Shown: positions 1 to 11,257, counted from the first letter of the stretch. The stretch is DNA of 64,000 nt from an uncultured bacterium (GCA_963749495.1 CAVVMW010000022.1:522628-586627); one strand, 5' to 3'. The notes: generated by a model not told the origin, from the letters alone. Program-made: numbers and translations.

Positions 1-166
1 GGGCCTTGGTCTGTTTGACCAGCTCGGCAGCCTTGGCGGGCATTTCCGCGGCAGGCACCTTGCTCAAAATCCCGGTGTAGAGATTGGCCTTTGGAGCGTC
101 AGCCCCGACCGCAGTCAGGGCAGCAACACATGCAAGACTTGACAGAATGATCGCAGTTCGTTTCAT
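1..166 (-). CDS. Secreted hypothetical protein, N-terminal part (runs off window)
   Basis: ATG at 166; reads MKRTAIILSSLACVAALTAVGADAPKA..., signal-peptide-like and open to the window edge. Confidence 0.6.
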   Translation of the reverse strand, partial: MKRTAIILSSLACVAALTAVGADAPKANLYTGILSKVPAAEMPAKAAELVKQTKA

Positions 167-387
167 AGCGTTCCCGTTGTAGAACACCGATTATACACTT
201 TACAGAGATTGCCGTTTCTAACCCTGGCATTCTTAGCACCCCCGCGCCAGTGCGTCAATAATAAATTACAACTTTTTTTTTGGCACATTCGTGGCCGGAT
301 GCGCCCGAGGCGCGGGGGCGCATCCAGACACGGCCCCCCCGCACCTTCGAGATCCTGTCGGCAGACTTCAGAAACCCTTTAATTTGA

Positions 388-1176
<789 letters not shown>

Positions 1177-1178
1177 AT

Positions 1179-1817
1179 ATGATGTTCGCATCGCGTGAAG
1201 ATGCGGGACTGAGGCTGGGCCGCTATCTCAAAGAGGAGCAGATCCAGGCCGAGATAGTCCTGGGCTTGCCGCGTGGTGGCGTCATCGTCGCCGCCGGGGT
1301 GGCCCAGACACTGCAGTTGCCGCTGGACGTGCTCATCGTGCGCAAGCTCGGCCATCCCTTGCACCGGGAGTTCGCCGTCGGCGCCCTGGCCGAGGGGGAC
1401 GTGGTGGTGCTGGACGCGGCTGCCGAGGCCATGAATCCGATGCTGCGCGCCATGCTCGGGGAGGTCATCGAGGAGGAAAAGCAGCGCCTGGCGCGCTACC
1501 AGGCCCGGTTTCATCCCCAGGGCCGCCCGATCCTGGACGGCAAGGCCGTGCTGCTCGTCGATGACGGCCTGGCAACCGGCGCCACGACCGAGGCGGCGGT
1601 AGCATCGGCCAGGAAACAACAGGCCCGGAGTGTGGTGGTGGCTGCGCCTGTGGCCTCGACCCACGCGGTCGAGCGGCTCCAACGCACGGCCGCCCACGTC
1701 AAGGTTCTGTTCGCCGACCCGGACTTCGATGCCGTGGGCCGGTATTACGACCAGTTTTCCCAAACTACCGACGAAGAGGTGCTGGAGGTGCTCCGGCGGG
1801 CGCGCGTCCGCCCCTGA
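1179..1817 (+). CDS. Phosphoribosyltransferase family protein
   Basis: F.SREDAG..L, LGLPRGGV, VRKLGHP and PRPP-binding LLVDDGLATGAT. Confidence 0.9.
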   Translation: MMFASREDAGLRLGRYLKEEQIQAEIVLGLPRGGVIVAAGVAQTLQLPLDVLIVRKLGHPLHREFAVGALAEGDVVVLDAAAEAMNPMLRAMLGEVIEEEKQRLARYQARFHPQGRPILDGKAVLLVDDGLATGATTEAAVASARKQQARSVVVAAPVASTHAVERLQRTAAHVKVLFADPDFDAVGRYYDQFSQTTDEEVLEVLRRARVRP

Positions 1818-1924
1818 GCGGCCTTCGCAGCCCGCTCGCGCCCCACATGTCCCTTTCCCAGGGTTCCGGGTTCCGGGTTTAGTCGCCCCGCAGCCCGCTC
1901 GCGCCCCGCAGGTCCCTTGTGTCG

Positions 1925-1990
1925 TTTATGTCGTTTTTGTCCCTTTTGTCCCTTGCTTCTCAAAGGGACAAAAGGGACAAAAAGGGCCAA
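1925..1990. repeat. REP-like palindrome of TTTTGTCCC / GGGACAAAA units
   Basis: tttttgtcccttttgtcccttg...caaagggacaaaagggacaaaaa inverted repeat downstream of the PRT gene. Confidence 0.7.
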
Positions 1991-2056
1991 AGCGACGCCA
2001 GCATGGTGGCCGCGTCGTGCATTTGACTCCGGGCCTGTTGGGGCTGATGGTGCAAT

Positions 2057-3145
2057 GTGATGCACCCGGATACTGCGCTTGGGGAATATCTGCGTTTCGG
2101 CGCGGCCCAATCCCACCATTGGCTGGTATGGTTCACGTTGTTGCTGGGGCTTGCCAGGTGGGGGGCGGGCCTGGGCGCCGAGGCCGCGGAGCCGGGCGGC
2201 GCCGCGCCGCCTGGGCTGCTGCTGGTCGCCAATAAGGGAGATCGGACGCTGGGAATCATCGACCCGGCGGCTGGCCGCCAGGTCGCCGCCGTGGCCGAGG
2301 ATGGGGTGACGGGCCATGAGGTGGCGGCTTCCCCCGACGGCAAACGCGCCTTTGTGCCGATCTACGGCAACTCGGGCGTCGGCCATGCCGGCACCGATGG
2401 GCGCCTGGTGCGGGTGATCGATCTGGCCTCGCGCCGGGTGGTGGGCACGGTGGATTTCGGCAGAGGCGTGCGCCCGCATTGCGCCGTGTTCGGCCCCAGG
2501 AACGGGCTGCTCTACGTGACGGCGGAATTGGAGAACACGGTGGCCGTCATCGATCCCCACACGCTCCAGATTGTCGAGAGCATTCCCACCGAGCAGGCAG
2601 AATCGCACATGCTGGCCATCACGCGCGACGGGCGCCGGGGCTATACCGCCAACGTCGGGCCCGGGACGGTCTCGGTCCTGGACCTGGAGGCAAAGAAGAC
2701 GGTGGCGGTCATCCCGGTCTCCAGCGTGGTCCAGCGTGTCTCGATCTCGGTGGATGACCGCCGGGTCTTCACCGCCGACCAGTCCAGTCCGCGCCTGGCA
2801 GTAATCGACACGGCGGAAAACCGGGTGAAAAGCTGGGTCTCGCTCCCCGGCACCGGTTACGGGACGGCCCCCACGCCGGACGGGCGCTGGCTGCTGGTCG
2901 CGCTCATCGGCGCCCAGCAGGTGGGGGTGGTGGACCTTCAGTCGCTGGAGGTAGCCCGCAGGCTGGACGTGCCCCAGGCGCCCCAGGAGGTCCTGGTCCG
3001 GCCCGACGGCGCCGTGGCCTACGTCTCCTGTGATGCCAGCCGCCAGGTCGCTGTCATTGACTTGAAGCTCTGGAAAGTCGAGCGGCTGATCCCGGCCGGC
3101 GCGGGCGCCGACGGCCTCGCCTGGGCCGGCACGCCGGCGGATTGA
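2057..3145 (+). CDS. YncE/YVTN-type beta-propeller protein, probably exported
   Basis: Repeated blades (HEVAASPDGKRAFV, HMLAITRDGRRGY, TAPTPDGRWLLV); hydrophobic N-terminus; start uncertain. Confidence 0.85.
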   Translation: MMHPDTALGEYLRFGAAQSHHWLVWFTLLLGLARWGAGLGAEAAEPGGAAPPGLLLVANKGDRTLGIIDPAAGRQVAAVAEDGVTGHEVAASPDGKRAFVPIYGNSGVGHAGTDGRLVRVIDLASRRVVGTVDFGRGVRPHCAVFGPRNGLLYVTAELENTVAVIDPHTLQIVESIPTEQAESHMLAITRDGRRGYTANVGPGTVSVLDLEAKKTVAVIPVSSVVQRVSISVDDRRVFTADQSSPRLAVIDTAENRVKSWVSLPGTGYGTAPTPDGRWLLVALIGAQQVGVVDLQSLEVARRLDVPQAPQEVLVRPDGAVAYVSCDASRQVAVIDLKLWKVERLIPAGAGADGLAWAGTPAD

Positions 3146-3308
3146 TGGATTAGTGGATTGATGGATTGATGGATTGTTGGCCGCCCCCAAGCAATCCCGG
3201 CGTCCCCATCGCCAATCCGCCAATCCATCAATCCCCTCCCGAGCGGTCCCGGCGTCCCCATCGCCAATCCGCCAATCCACCAATCCACTAATCCACCAAT
3301 CCATCAAT
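3140..3308. repeat. REP-like cluster of GGATTGAT / ATCAATCC 8-mers with internal direct repeat
   Basis: ggattgatggattagtggattgatgg... followed by inverted ccaatccgccaatccatcaatcc; cccggcgtccccatcgccaatccgccaatcc occurs twice. Confidence 0.75.
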
Positions 3309-3526
3309 GCGTCTGATAGGCTCCATGAGTAGTAATAAAAACAATTCTATTCATGAATCGGGCTGGACATTTTTGCGCGCGCCGCTAATATGCCGCCGTC
3401 CTCACTGAAAGCGGCTGTTGGCCCTGCTGGATCCGCTTGTCAGTGGGCAGACTGAACAACCTGAACCAAACAACCAGGCCTGAGGGCGCCGGTCAGAGGC
3501 GCCTCCGGCCAATTTTGAGCCAACTC

Positions 3527-5101
3527 ATGACGACTAAAGCCCTGGCACCTGCCCTCTGTTCCCTGGCTGTCGCTCTGCTGACAGCCCAGGCCCAAACCAA
3601 CCAAACTGCGGCGGCCGAACAGCCCACCCTCAGTTCGACCGAGCAGCTTATTCAGGACATCAAAAACCCCGCCCCGTGGCTAAGCTGGGGCGGCAACCTC
3701 CGCTTCCGCAACGAGTACTTCAACAACGGCCTTAGCCTGACGACCGATCCGAAGGTGAGCGGGCTTTTTGGCCCGGTCCACGAGCAGGACTACTTCCGCT
3801 TCCGCGGCCGCGTCTGGGGCAGCTACAAGCCCACCGAAGACCTCAGCCTGAACGTCCGTCTGGCGGCTGAGCCGCGCGAGTTCATGAAGGCGCCGACCTT
3901 CGACACCTTTTTTGGCGGCGCCCCGTTTAACCAACGAGGCATGCAGTCGCGCTACGGGATTCTCGACACCCTCAATATCCAATGGAAAAAGCCCCTGGAC
4001 CTGCCCGTGACCGTGACGCTTGGCCGCCAGGACGTCTTCCTGGGCGACGGCTGGCTGGTGGGCGACGGCACCCCCAACGACGGCTCCTTCACCTTCTTCG
4101 TCGATGCCGCCCGGCTGACCGTGGACCTCAAGGACCAGCACACCACCATCGATGCCATCGGGCTGGCCGAGTTTGCCCGGGCGGATGCCTGGCTGCCGAC
4201 TATCGGCCAGTCCACCACCGCCGGCTCCTACCCGGAACCCTTGAGCCTAACCGATCAAAACGAAAAAGGCGCCATCCTCTGGGTCGCCAACAAGAGCATC
4301 CCGGCCGCCAACTTCGACGGTTACTTCATCTACAAACACGACACTCGCATCAACGATTCTCCGTCCCTGCTCTTCGGAGATAATGCCAATATCTACACCG
4401 TCGGTGGCCGGGTCTCCGGCGTGCTGCAGGACCACTGGAAATACTCTGCCGAGGGCGCCTATCAGTTCGGTCAGAAACAAGATAACTTCCTCAACGTCAA
4501 CGGCGCCAACCCCCTCCTGGCCGCGGGTGCCCAGACCACCGGTTTCCGCGACATCAGCGCCTTTGGCGTCAACAGCAAGCTCACTTACCTGCTCAAGGAC
4601 AATCTGAACACCCAAGTGGGCCTGAGCTACGAATTTCTTTCCGGCGATGACCCCAACTCGAAGAATGACGAGATGTTCGACGTCCTCTGGGGCCGCTGGC
4701 CGCGCTGGAGCGAAATGTATAACATCTACAGCTACGTTCAAGAAACCCGTGTCGGCCAAACCGCCAACCTCCATCGCATCGGTCCGACCGTGACCCTCGA
4801 TCCCATCAAGGACATGAACTTGAGCGCCAGCTACTTCGTCTTGCTGGCCAACCAGGCGGTGGCGACCCGATCCGAGTATCTGGCGGGTCCCGCCCTCGGT
4901 CTGCCCATCGGGGCCCTGGGGCACCCCTTTAGCAATGACAATGGCATTTTCCGCGGCCACTACTTCCAGGCCGTGCTCAAATACAAATTCAGCCAGCACC
5001 TGAGCGGCCACCTCTGGGGCGAAGTTGTCCTCCCCGGCGATTACTACACCAGCCGGGACATGATGACCTTCCTGCGCGCCGAGATCATGCTCACGTTCTA
5101 G
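3527..5101 (+). CDS. Alginate-export-family outer membrane beta-barrel protein
   Basis: Signal peptide; WGGNLRFRNEY, FRFRGRVW, LGRQDVFLGDGWLVGDG, YEFLSGDDP; terminal Phe. Confidence 0.8.
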   Translation: MTTKALAPALCSLAVALLTAQAQTNQTAAAEQPTLSSTEQLIQDIKNPAPWLSWGGNLRFRNEYFNNGLSLTTDPKVSGLFGPVHEQDYFRFRGRVWGSYKPTEDLSLNVRLAAEPREFMKAPTFDTFFGGAPFNQRGMQSRYGILDTLNIQWKKPLDLPVTVTLGRQDVFLGDGWLVGDGTPNDGSFTFFVDAARLTVDLKDQHTTIDAIGLAEFARADAWLPTIGQSTTAGSYPEPLSLTDQNEKGAILWVANKSIPAANFDGYFIYKHDTRINDSPSLLFGDNANIYTVGGRVSGVLQDHWKYSAEGAYQFGQKQDNFLNVNGANPLLAAGAQTTGFRDISAFGVNSKLTYLLKDNLNTQVGLSYEFLSGDDPNSKNDEMFDVLWGRWPRWSEMYNIYSYVQETRVGQTANLHRIGPTVTLDPIKDMNLSASYFVLLANQAVATRSEYLAGPALGLPIGALGHPFSNDNGIFRGHYFQAVLKYKFSQHLSGHLWGEVVLPGDYYTSRDMMTFLRAEIMLTF

Positions 5102-5242
5102 GGCTTTGGCGTCCGCCCGTCCTCGGGCTTGCAGCCCGAGGACCGGCCCACCCCGGCGGGAGTGGCCGGATGCGCCCGGTGTAAGGAGGAGCGCAACAAA
5201 TGTATGGCGATCTCGGGCGCGCCACATTATTGTTTTGTGGCT

Positions 5243-6617
5243 ATGACGTTGACTGAGAAGGTGCTCGCCCGCGCGGCCGGCAAGGCGCGCGTAGAGGCGG
5301 GAGACAACATCTGGGTGAAGGCAGACGTGCTCATGACGCACGACGTGTGCGGCCCGGGCACGATCGGCGTCTTCAAACGCGAATTCGGCCCCGACGCCCG
5401 CGTTTGGGACCGCCGCAAAGTGGTCATCATCCCGGACCACTACATCTTCACTGCCGATGCCAAATCGAACCGGAACGTGGACCTCCTGCGCGATTTCGTG
5501 AAGGAGCAGGGCATCGTGTATTTCTACGATGTGATTGACGAGCCGGGCGGGCACTGGGTGTTTGACCCCGCCAAGGGCCCCCTCCGGCGCCAGCACGGCG
5601 CCCGCTATGCCGGCGTCTGCCACACCGCCCTGCCCGAAAAGGGCCACACCCGGCCCGGCGAGGTCCTCTTTGGCACCGACTCGCACACCTGCATGGCGGG
5701 GGCCTTCAACGAGTTTGCCACGGGCATTGGCAATACCGATGCGGGCTTTGTGCTGGGCACCGGCAAGCTCCTGCTCAAGGTGCCCCAGACGATGCACTTC
5801 CGGCTGGAGGGCAAACTGGCTCCGGGCGTCATGGCCAAGGACATCATCCTGCACTGCATCGGCGAGATCGGCTTCGACGGCGCCACCTACCGCGCCCTCC
5901 AGTTCGACGGCCCCGGGGCCGCCGGCCTGGGCCTGGACGACCGCATGACCATCGCCAACATGGCCATCGAAGCCGGCGGCAAAAACGCGATCTTCGAGTT
6001 CGACGCCAAGACCCAGGCCCTCGTCGAGCAGCGCTGCAAGCTCAACGGCACCCAGACCGGCTACGAGCCGGTCACGCGCGACCGGAAAGAGAAGTTCGTC
6101 TATGAGACGGTGCTCGATTTGTCGAGGCTCGAAGCCGACCGTGGCCTGCCATCCGGACCCGGGCCAGCGCCGGCTGGCCAGGGAATTGGGCGAGATCAAG
6201 CTGGACCGCGCTTACCTGGGGTCGTGTACCGGCGGCAAGACCAGCGATTTCGTCGAGTTCGCCCGCATCCTCCGGGGCCGGCACGTGGCCATCGACACCT
6301 TCGGCGTGCCCGCCACGCCGGAGATCGTCCACGACCTGCAATCGGCCCGATGGGACGGCCAGACGATTTGGGAGGTCTTGCTCGCCGCCGGGGTGCAGAT
6401 GACCGAGAACGCCGGGTGCGCCGCCTGCCTGGGCGGCCCGTTGGACACCTTTGGCCGGATGAATGCCCCCCTCAAGTGCATCAGCGCCACCAACCGCAAT
6501 TTCCCCGGGCGCATGGGCCACAAGGATTCCCAGGTCTTCCTGGCCTCCCCCGCCACCGTGGCAGCCAGCGCCCTCACGGGCCGGATTACCGACCCGCGGG
6601 AGTATTTGCCGGCGTAG
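5243..6617 (+). CDS. leuC: 3-isopropylmalate dehydratase/homoaconitase large subunit, apparent 1-nt frameshift at ~6132
   Basis: MTLTEKVLA, IPDHY, GVCH, GTDSHT in the first frame; YLGSCTGG, CAACLGG, SATNRNFPGRMG in ORF 6102..6617; junction CTCGAAGCCG has one extra A. Confidence 0.88.
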
Positions 6618-6690
6618 CGCGGGCCGCTGGTGTCAATAAGCATGCCGGACCCCTCCGCGGCCTTGGCCCCAGGGGAATGTGCCCCGGCGA

Positions 6691-7071
6691 TTACGGGGAC
6701 TTGGGCAGGTAAACGATGCGGTTCTGCCAGTCCCACGCGCTGCCCTCGTTTTGCCAAAAGCTGGTCAACAATCGGGACTGGTGGCCGTAATCCGTGCTGC
6801 GGACGATTCCGCGAAAGATAATCAGTCCGGCATGGTTTTGCCCGGCGCGAAGCAGTTGCCCCGCATGCCAAGCGAGTGTGGTGCGGTCGAAAGCCACGAG
6901 CACGAGCCGGGCTGCCGCGCAACAAATCAACAAAGCCGTGTCTTCCAGGCCCAACCAGATGCCATTTTCCCAAGTGGCAATGTGGATGATGGGGAAATCC
7001 GGGACCAGACGCCGGCACGCCGAAGCCAGCCGATGCGAGGTGTTTTCGTCAGCCAACAACCGGAAGGTCGT
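6691..7071 (-). CDS. DUF5615-like PIN toxin
   Basis: FRLLADEN N-terminal motif and HAGLI motif; lies downstream of a DUF433-like gene; start codon ambiguous (ACG at 7071 or nearby TTG). Confidence 0.7.
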   Translation of the reverse strand, partial: TTFRLLADENTSHRLASACRRLVPDFPIIHIATWENGIWLGLEDTALLICCAAARLVLVAFDRTTLAWHAGQLLRAGQNHAGLIIFRGIVRSTDYGHQSRLLTSFWQNEGSAWDWQNRIVYLPKSP

Positions 7072-7426
7072 GCCGCTCTCCTTCCTGGGATCGGCGGATC
7101 TCTTCGGGGAATGCTTTGGCATAGGCGAGGGCGCGCTTTACAAGGACCGACGCCCAATGGAAATGCTCGGCGGTCTTGCCAACGGCCTTGAGTTCTTCGT
7201 AAACGTCCACGATCTCCCAAACGGCCACGCGATGGCCGCTCAAATAGGCCTCACGCCCGGACAAGGAATCGCGGAAGGCGATGCCGGGAAACTCGCTTTC
7301 GAGCGACTTCTCCATGACGTAGCGCGCGACCAGGTTGCTCTTGGAAGTCCTGGCGGCCCGCGCCTGCTTCACCACGAGTCGCTCGTACCTCAGAGGCACC
7401 CGGCCGGAGACGTATGCTGTGCTCAT
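7049..7426 (-). CDS. DUF433-like antitoxin with N-terminal DNA-binding region
   Basis: FPGIAFRD..SGREAYLSGHRVAVWEIV...ALAYAKAFPEEI pattern; overlaps the toxin. Confidence 0.72.
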   Translation of the reverse strand: MSTAYVSGRVPLRYERLVVKQARAARTSKSNLVARYVMEKSLESEFPGIAFRDSLSGREAYLSGHRVAVWEIVDVYEELKAVGKTAEHFHWASVLVKRALAYAKAFPEEIRRSQEGERHDLPVVG

Positions 7427-7459
7427 CTGGTCAGATCCTTGTGCGCAGTCTGCACAAAG

Positions 7460-8686
7460 TCAAGCGGAATGCCTGAACCAACCCAACTGTTGGCGGTGAG
7501 TCACGTAGAGCAGGCCCAGGATGCGCATGCCCACGGTAACGAGGTAGAGGTAGAGGAAGCTGGAAATCAGGCTCGGCAGCAGCGGCACCGGTATCCACCG
7601 GCCCAGGGCGCCCTCGGCAAACGAGTGCAGCGCCAGCACGACTTCAAAGGCCGCCGCCGCCGCCAGGTACGGGATGGGGATGCGCGCGATGGAGGCCGTC
7701 AGGGCGATCGGATTCAGGGCCGCCACCGTGTCAAACATGGCCAGGGCCAGCATCCCCATCGGCGCCAGCAAGGCGCCATAGCCCAGCGCGGCCAGGGCGA
7801 CAAGTCGGGCCTGGGTCTCGGTCCCGGGGCGCCACAGGCCCAGGACGTAAAAGGGGCCGAAGGTGAGCACCGTGAGCGCGAGAAACTGTAAGTAGGGCAG
7901 GATGAAGCCCTCTATCCAATCGGTGAACTCCGGCCAGTCCGGCGGTTCATCCCGGCCGCCGGCGGTGGTGGTGATGATGCTCTTGGCGTAGTTGAACAGG
8001 TAGCCGGCAACTATGAAGCCCAGGAAGGGCAGGCGGCCCAGGAGGAAGAAAAATGCCGTGCCTGCCGCCAACAGGATGACCCCGCTCCCGCGGAACGGAT
8101 AAGCGAGAGCCCTGGGCAGAGATGCGTAGAAGCCGGGCGGGGCCGCTGCGGCGGGAACGGACGCCTGCACGGCTTCACACTCCGTGCCGCATGCACGGCA
8201 GAACTTCCGTGCCTCGCCCTCCACTAACCTCGTAGTAACGCAGAGTTCGCACACGTTGCGCCCGCACTGCGGACAGGCAAACCGGCCGGGTATCTGCGGA
8301 TGAAACTTGCAAAAGGCACTCCGCGCGGAGACTGGAGGCGGAGACTCTGTCAGCCGAGGGGCGACCGGGGGCCCCGCCGCGGCGGGCTCGGCTTGCACCT
8401 CATCCGACTCAAACCGCATGGCAATCTCTCCCAGCCGGACCACCTGGCCTTGCTTGAGTTGCGCCTCTTCGACCAATTCGTCATCAATGAAGGTGCCGGA
8501 AGTCGAGCCCAGGTCCTGGATCCACACCCCGGAGTCCGAGACAGTGATCCGGCAATGGGAGTGCGAGACCGAAGGGTGTTCGATGGGATAATCGTTCTCC
8601 TGGCCCCGGCCTAGCAGGAGGGTCCCTGGCTCAAGCTCGATCTGCCAGGACTCAGGGGTCCCGGGATTGACTACCAAACACGGCAT
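7460..8686 (-). CDS. FHA domain + Zn-finger (B-box-like) + multi-TM (DUF4013-like) membrane protein
   Basis: LGRGQEND...SVSHSHC...DLGSTSGTF FHA motif; CKFHP..CPQC..CELC; hydrophobic C-terminal half with PPDWPEF. Confidence 0.82.
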   Translation of the reverse strand: MPCLVVNPGTPESWQIELEPGTLLLGRGQENDYPIEHPSVSHSHCRITVSDSGVWIQDLGSTSGTFIDDELVEEAQLKQGQVVRLGEIAMRFESDEVQAEPAAAGPPVAPRLTESPPPVSARSAFCKFHPQIPGRFACPQCGRNVCELCVTTRLVEGEARKFCRACGTECEAVQASVPAAAAPPGFYASLPRALAYPFRGSGVILLAAGTAFFFLLGRLPFLGFIVAGYLFNYAKSIITTTAGGRDEPPDWPEFTDWIEGFILPYLQFLALTVLTFGPFYVLGLWRPGTETQARLVALAALGYGALLAPMGMLALAMFDTVAALNPIALTASIARIPIPYLAAAAAFEVVLALHSFAEGALGRWIPVPLLPSLISSFLYLYLVTVGMRILGLLYVTHRQQLGWFRHSA

Positions 8687-8832
8687 AGTCGTCCGACCTG
8701 TCGGGGCGATGATGGATCAATTGGCGGCGGCGGCCAACTACAATCCCCCGCGCCCTTTGGAGCCGGGTGTGAGACAAAATTCTTCTCGGACCTCCGGATC
8801 GCAACTCTCAGAGCCGATCTGGGTCTTCGAGC

Positions 8833-8920
8833 CTTCGTTTCCTTCGTTTCCTTCTGTTCTCTTCCTGCATCCCGCCGGCTGGGCACAGGAACAGAACAGA
8901 AGGAAACGAAGGAAACGAAG
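8833..8920. repeat. REP-like palindrome
   Basis: cttcgtttccttcgtttccttctgtt ... aacagaaggaaacgaaggaaacgaag. Confidence 0.75.
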
Positions 8921-9099
8921 ATGCGGCCTGATGCGGCGGCATCAACCGGGTCCGTGGGGTTAGGCTCCGGCGGCCCGTTGGGCCGCGACGGGGCGCACTG
9001 AGGTTGCCAGGCGCTTGACCGCAAGCAACGCTCACGCCATCATTCTCCCATGATTGCCCATATCTACGGCCGGGGCCAAATGGTGATTCCCGCCACGTT

Positions 9100-9801
9100 A
9101 TGAAGATCGTTTTATTTGGCGTTAGCGGCCTCAAGCCCGGCAAGCACAATTTGAAAGACCCCCGGTTCGACCAGGCGGATGCGCTGGTCGAGGCGGACAA
9201 GAAGACCTACGCGCAGGTGGACGTGCTGGGGGAGGACCAATTGGCGGATGCGGACGCGATCCTGGCCACAGGCGAGGGCAAGGTGGACCTCATCCTTAGG
9301 GACCTGGAGTTTGTCGAGACGCGGCTGGGGCGCGAGCCGCAGCCCGGGGAGCGGGCCGTGCTGGAGAAGCTCAAGGCCGGGCTCGAGGGCGAGCAGTTCA
9401 TTCGGGACACGGCCTTGGACCCTGCCGAAGTCCAGGCGGTGGCCGCCCACAGCTTTTGCACCCACAAACCGGTGGTCGTGGCCTCGCCCGAGGAACTGCA
9501 GCACCCCGATGCGCTGCTGCTCAGGGCCTTCCGGGAAGGCGGCTACATCTGCTTCCTGACCGTGGGCGGCAAGGAGAACCGGGCCTGGCCGGTTCGCAAG
9601 GGCGTGACTGCCTGGGAGGCGGCCGGCGTGATTCACACCGATATGCAGAAAGGCTTCATCCGCGCCGAGATCATCAGCTTTGCCGATTTCATCGCCGCCG
9701 GCGGCGAGACCCAGGCCAAGCGCGCCGGCAAACAGCGGCTGGAGACCAAACAATACGTCGTGCAGGACTACGACCTGGCCAATTTCAGGTTCAACAGGTA
9801 A
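9100..9801 (+). CDS. YchF-related protein with C-terminal TGS (DUF933) domain, lacking the P-loop
   Basis: FLTVGGKENRAW, AAGVIHTDMQKGFIRAE, AKRAGKQRLE..YVVQDYD..FRFN; no GxxxxGKS. Confidence 0.8.
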   Translation: MKIVLFGVSGLKPGKHNLKDPRFDQADALVEADKKTYAQVDVLGEDQLADADAILATGEGKVDLILRDLEFVETRLGREPQPGERAVLEKLKAGLEGEQFIRDTALDPAEVQAVAAHSFCTHKPVVVASPEELQHPDALLLRAFREGGYICFLTVGGKENRAWPVRKGVTAWEAAGVIHTDMQKGFIRAEIISFADFIAAGGETQAKRAGKQRLETKQYVVQDYDLANFRFNR

Positions 9802-9835
9802 GGGAGAGCCTGCTGCAAGAGCGCTACGAGCGCGG

Positions 9836-9918
9836 ACCTTTGTCGCAGCCTTTGTCGCAGCCTTTGCCGGGTTGGCTATGCCTCGACAAAGGCCGCGACA
9901 AAGGTTGCGACAAAGGTC
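9836..9918. repeat. REP family CTTTGTCGCAG / CGACAAAG, copy 1 (others at ~25553-25610 and 29768-29852)
   Basis: acctttgtcgcagcctttgtcgcagcc...cgacaaaggccgcgacaaaggttgcgacaaaggt between convergent genes. Confidence 0.8.
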
Positions 9919-9937
9919 TGGCATCGGCGCTTCCACG

Positions 9938-10548
9938 TTAATCCTGCACGCCGCTCTTTGGGTTGCCTCTGCCCGGCACGATCCGCTCGAGCTGCGCGGC
10001 ATGGATGTCCAGGCCGCTCTCCGTCCAGACGACGTAGTCGGCGCGGGCCATTTTTTGCTCGACGGGCCACTGGGCGCGGAGGCGCTGCTCGGTCTGGAGA
10101 GGGGTCCAGCCGCGGGCCAGCAGGCGCCGGCGCTGGGTGGCCGCCGAACAGGCGACACAGATGGTTGCGTCGAGTTCCGCCTCGGCGCCGGTCTCGAACA
10201 GGAGCGGGATGATCACGACGGCCCAGGGGAGCGACTGGTTGCGCCAAGCCCCGAGTGGGCCCTCCAAAGCGCCCGGATCGGCGGGTGGAGAATCGCCTCG
10301 AGTTGTCCGAGGGCCGCGGGCTCGGCAAAGACGCGGCGCGCCAGTTCCCCGCGGCGCAGGCGGCCATCCGGGCCGACCATCTGCGGGCCGAAGCATTGGC
10401 GGACCTGCTCCAGCGCCGGCTGCCCCGGTTCGACCACGCGGCGCGCCAGCTCATCGGTGTCCACCACCGCGACGCCGCGCGAGCGGAGCAATTGGCCGGA
10501 GGCCGATTTGCCCATGCCCACCCCGCCAGTCAGGCCAAAGACGCGCAT
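9938..10548 (-). CDS. coaE: Dephospho-CoA kinase, apparent frameshift at ~10255
   Basis: FGLTGGVGMGKS, VDTDELAR, LEAILHP in the first frame; IPLLFE, AQWPVEQK..RADYVV in the second. Confidence 0.9.
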
Positions 10549-10597
10549 CAAGCCCCTCCTAAGGCGTCAGTAAAGGTGGGAGCGGCGTGCCCGACAG

Positions 10598-10745
10598 ACC
10601 CCTCACCCCGGCCCTCTCCCCTTCGGAAGGGGAGAGGGAGAATTCTCGGCAGCGGGTTCAGGAAGCGGAGACGAAGGAAGCTCCAGAGACTGCCGACGTG
10701 GCTCCCTCTCCCCTTCGGAAGGGGAGAGGGTTGGGGTGAGGGGTC
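10598..10745. repeat. REP family CCCTCACCCC..CCTCTCCC / GGGAGAGGG (others at ~15040-15080 and 42000-42147)
   Basis: ccctcaccccggccctctccccttcggaaggggagaggg...ccctctccccttcggaaggggagagggttggggtgaggg; near-identical inverted copy at 42.0 kb. Confidence 0.85.
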
Positions 10746-10798
10746 CGCTGCGGGCTCAGCCTCCGCCTTTATGGACCGATTATAGCCTTTCGCGGCAT

Positions 10799-11257
10799 TC
10801 ACTTGACGGTATTGAGCAAAGGCGCCAGGCCCTGGATGCGGACCTCCAGGCGGTCGCCGCAGGCAATCGGACCCACGCCGCCGGGCGTGCCGGTCAAGAT
10901 GATGTCCCCCGGCAGCAGCGTCATGTTGGCCGAGATGAAACTGACCAGTTGATGGCAATTGAAAATGAGATGGCGGGTCGAGGAGTTCTGGCGCAACTGG
11001 CCGTTCTGAAAGAGTTGGACAGTCAGGTTGCGGGGATCGAGCTTGGTCTCCCGCGCATGATCCTCATAGTTCAATCCCACCGCGATCACCTTCGAAGGAA
11101 CCACCGGTGCGAGCGTCCTGACCCCCTTGAGCCGCAGCGGCCTCCGGTCAAAGGCGGGAGAGCCGAAGACATCGCCTCGCGCACAGTAGATCTCCCCGTC
11201 AACCACCTTTCCGTAGAAGATCTCGGCGCCCTTCTGAAATCGCCCAATTGCTGCCAT
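10799..11257 (-). pseudogene. Fumarylacetoacetate-hydrolase family protein with a large internal in-frame deletion
   Basis: LAPVVPSKVIAVGLNYEDHARETK fused directly to LDPRNL..RQNSST..MTLLPGDIILTGTPGGVG; the central metal-binding part is absent. Confidence 0.75.
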
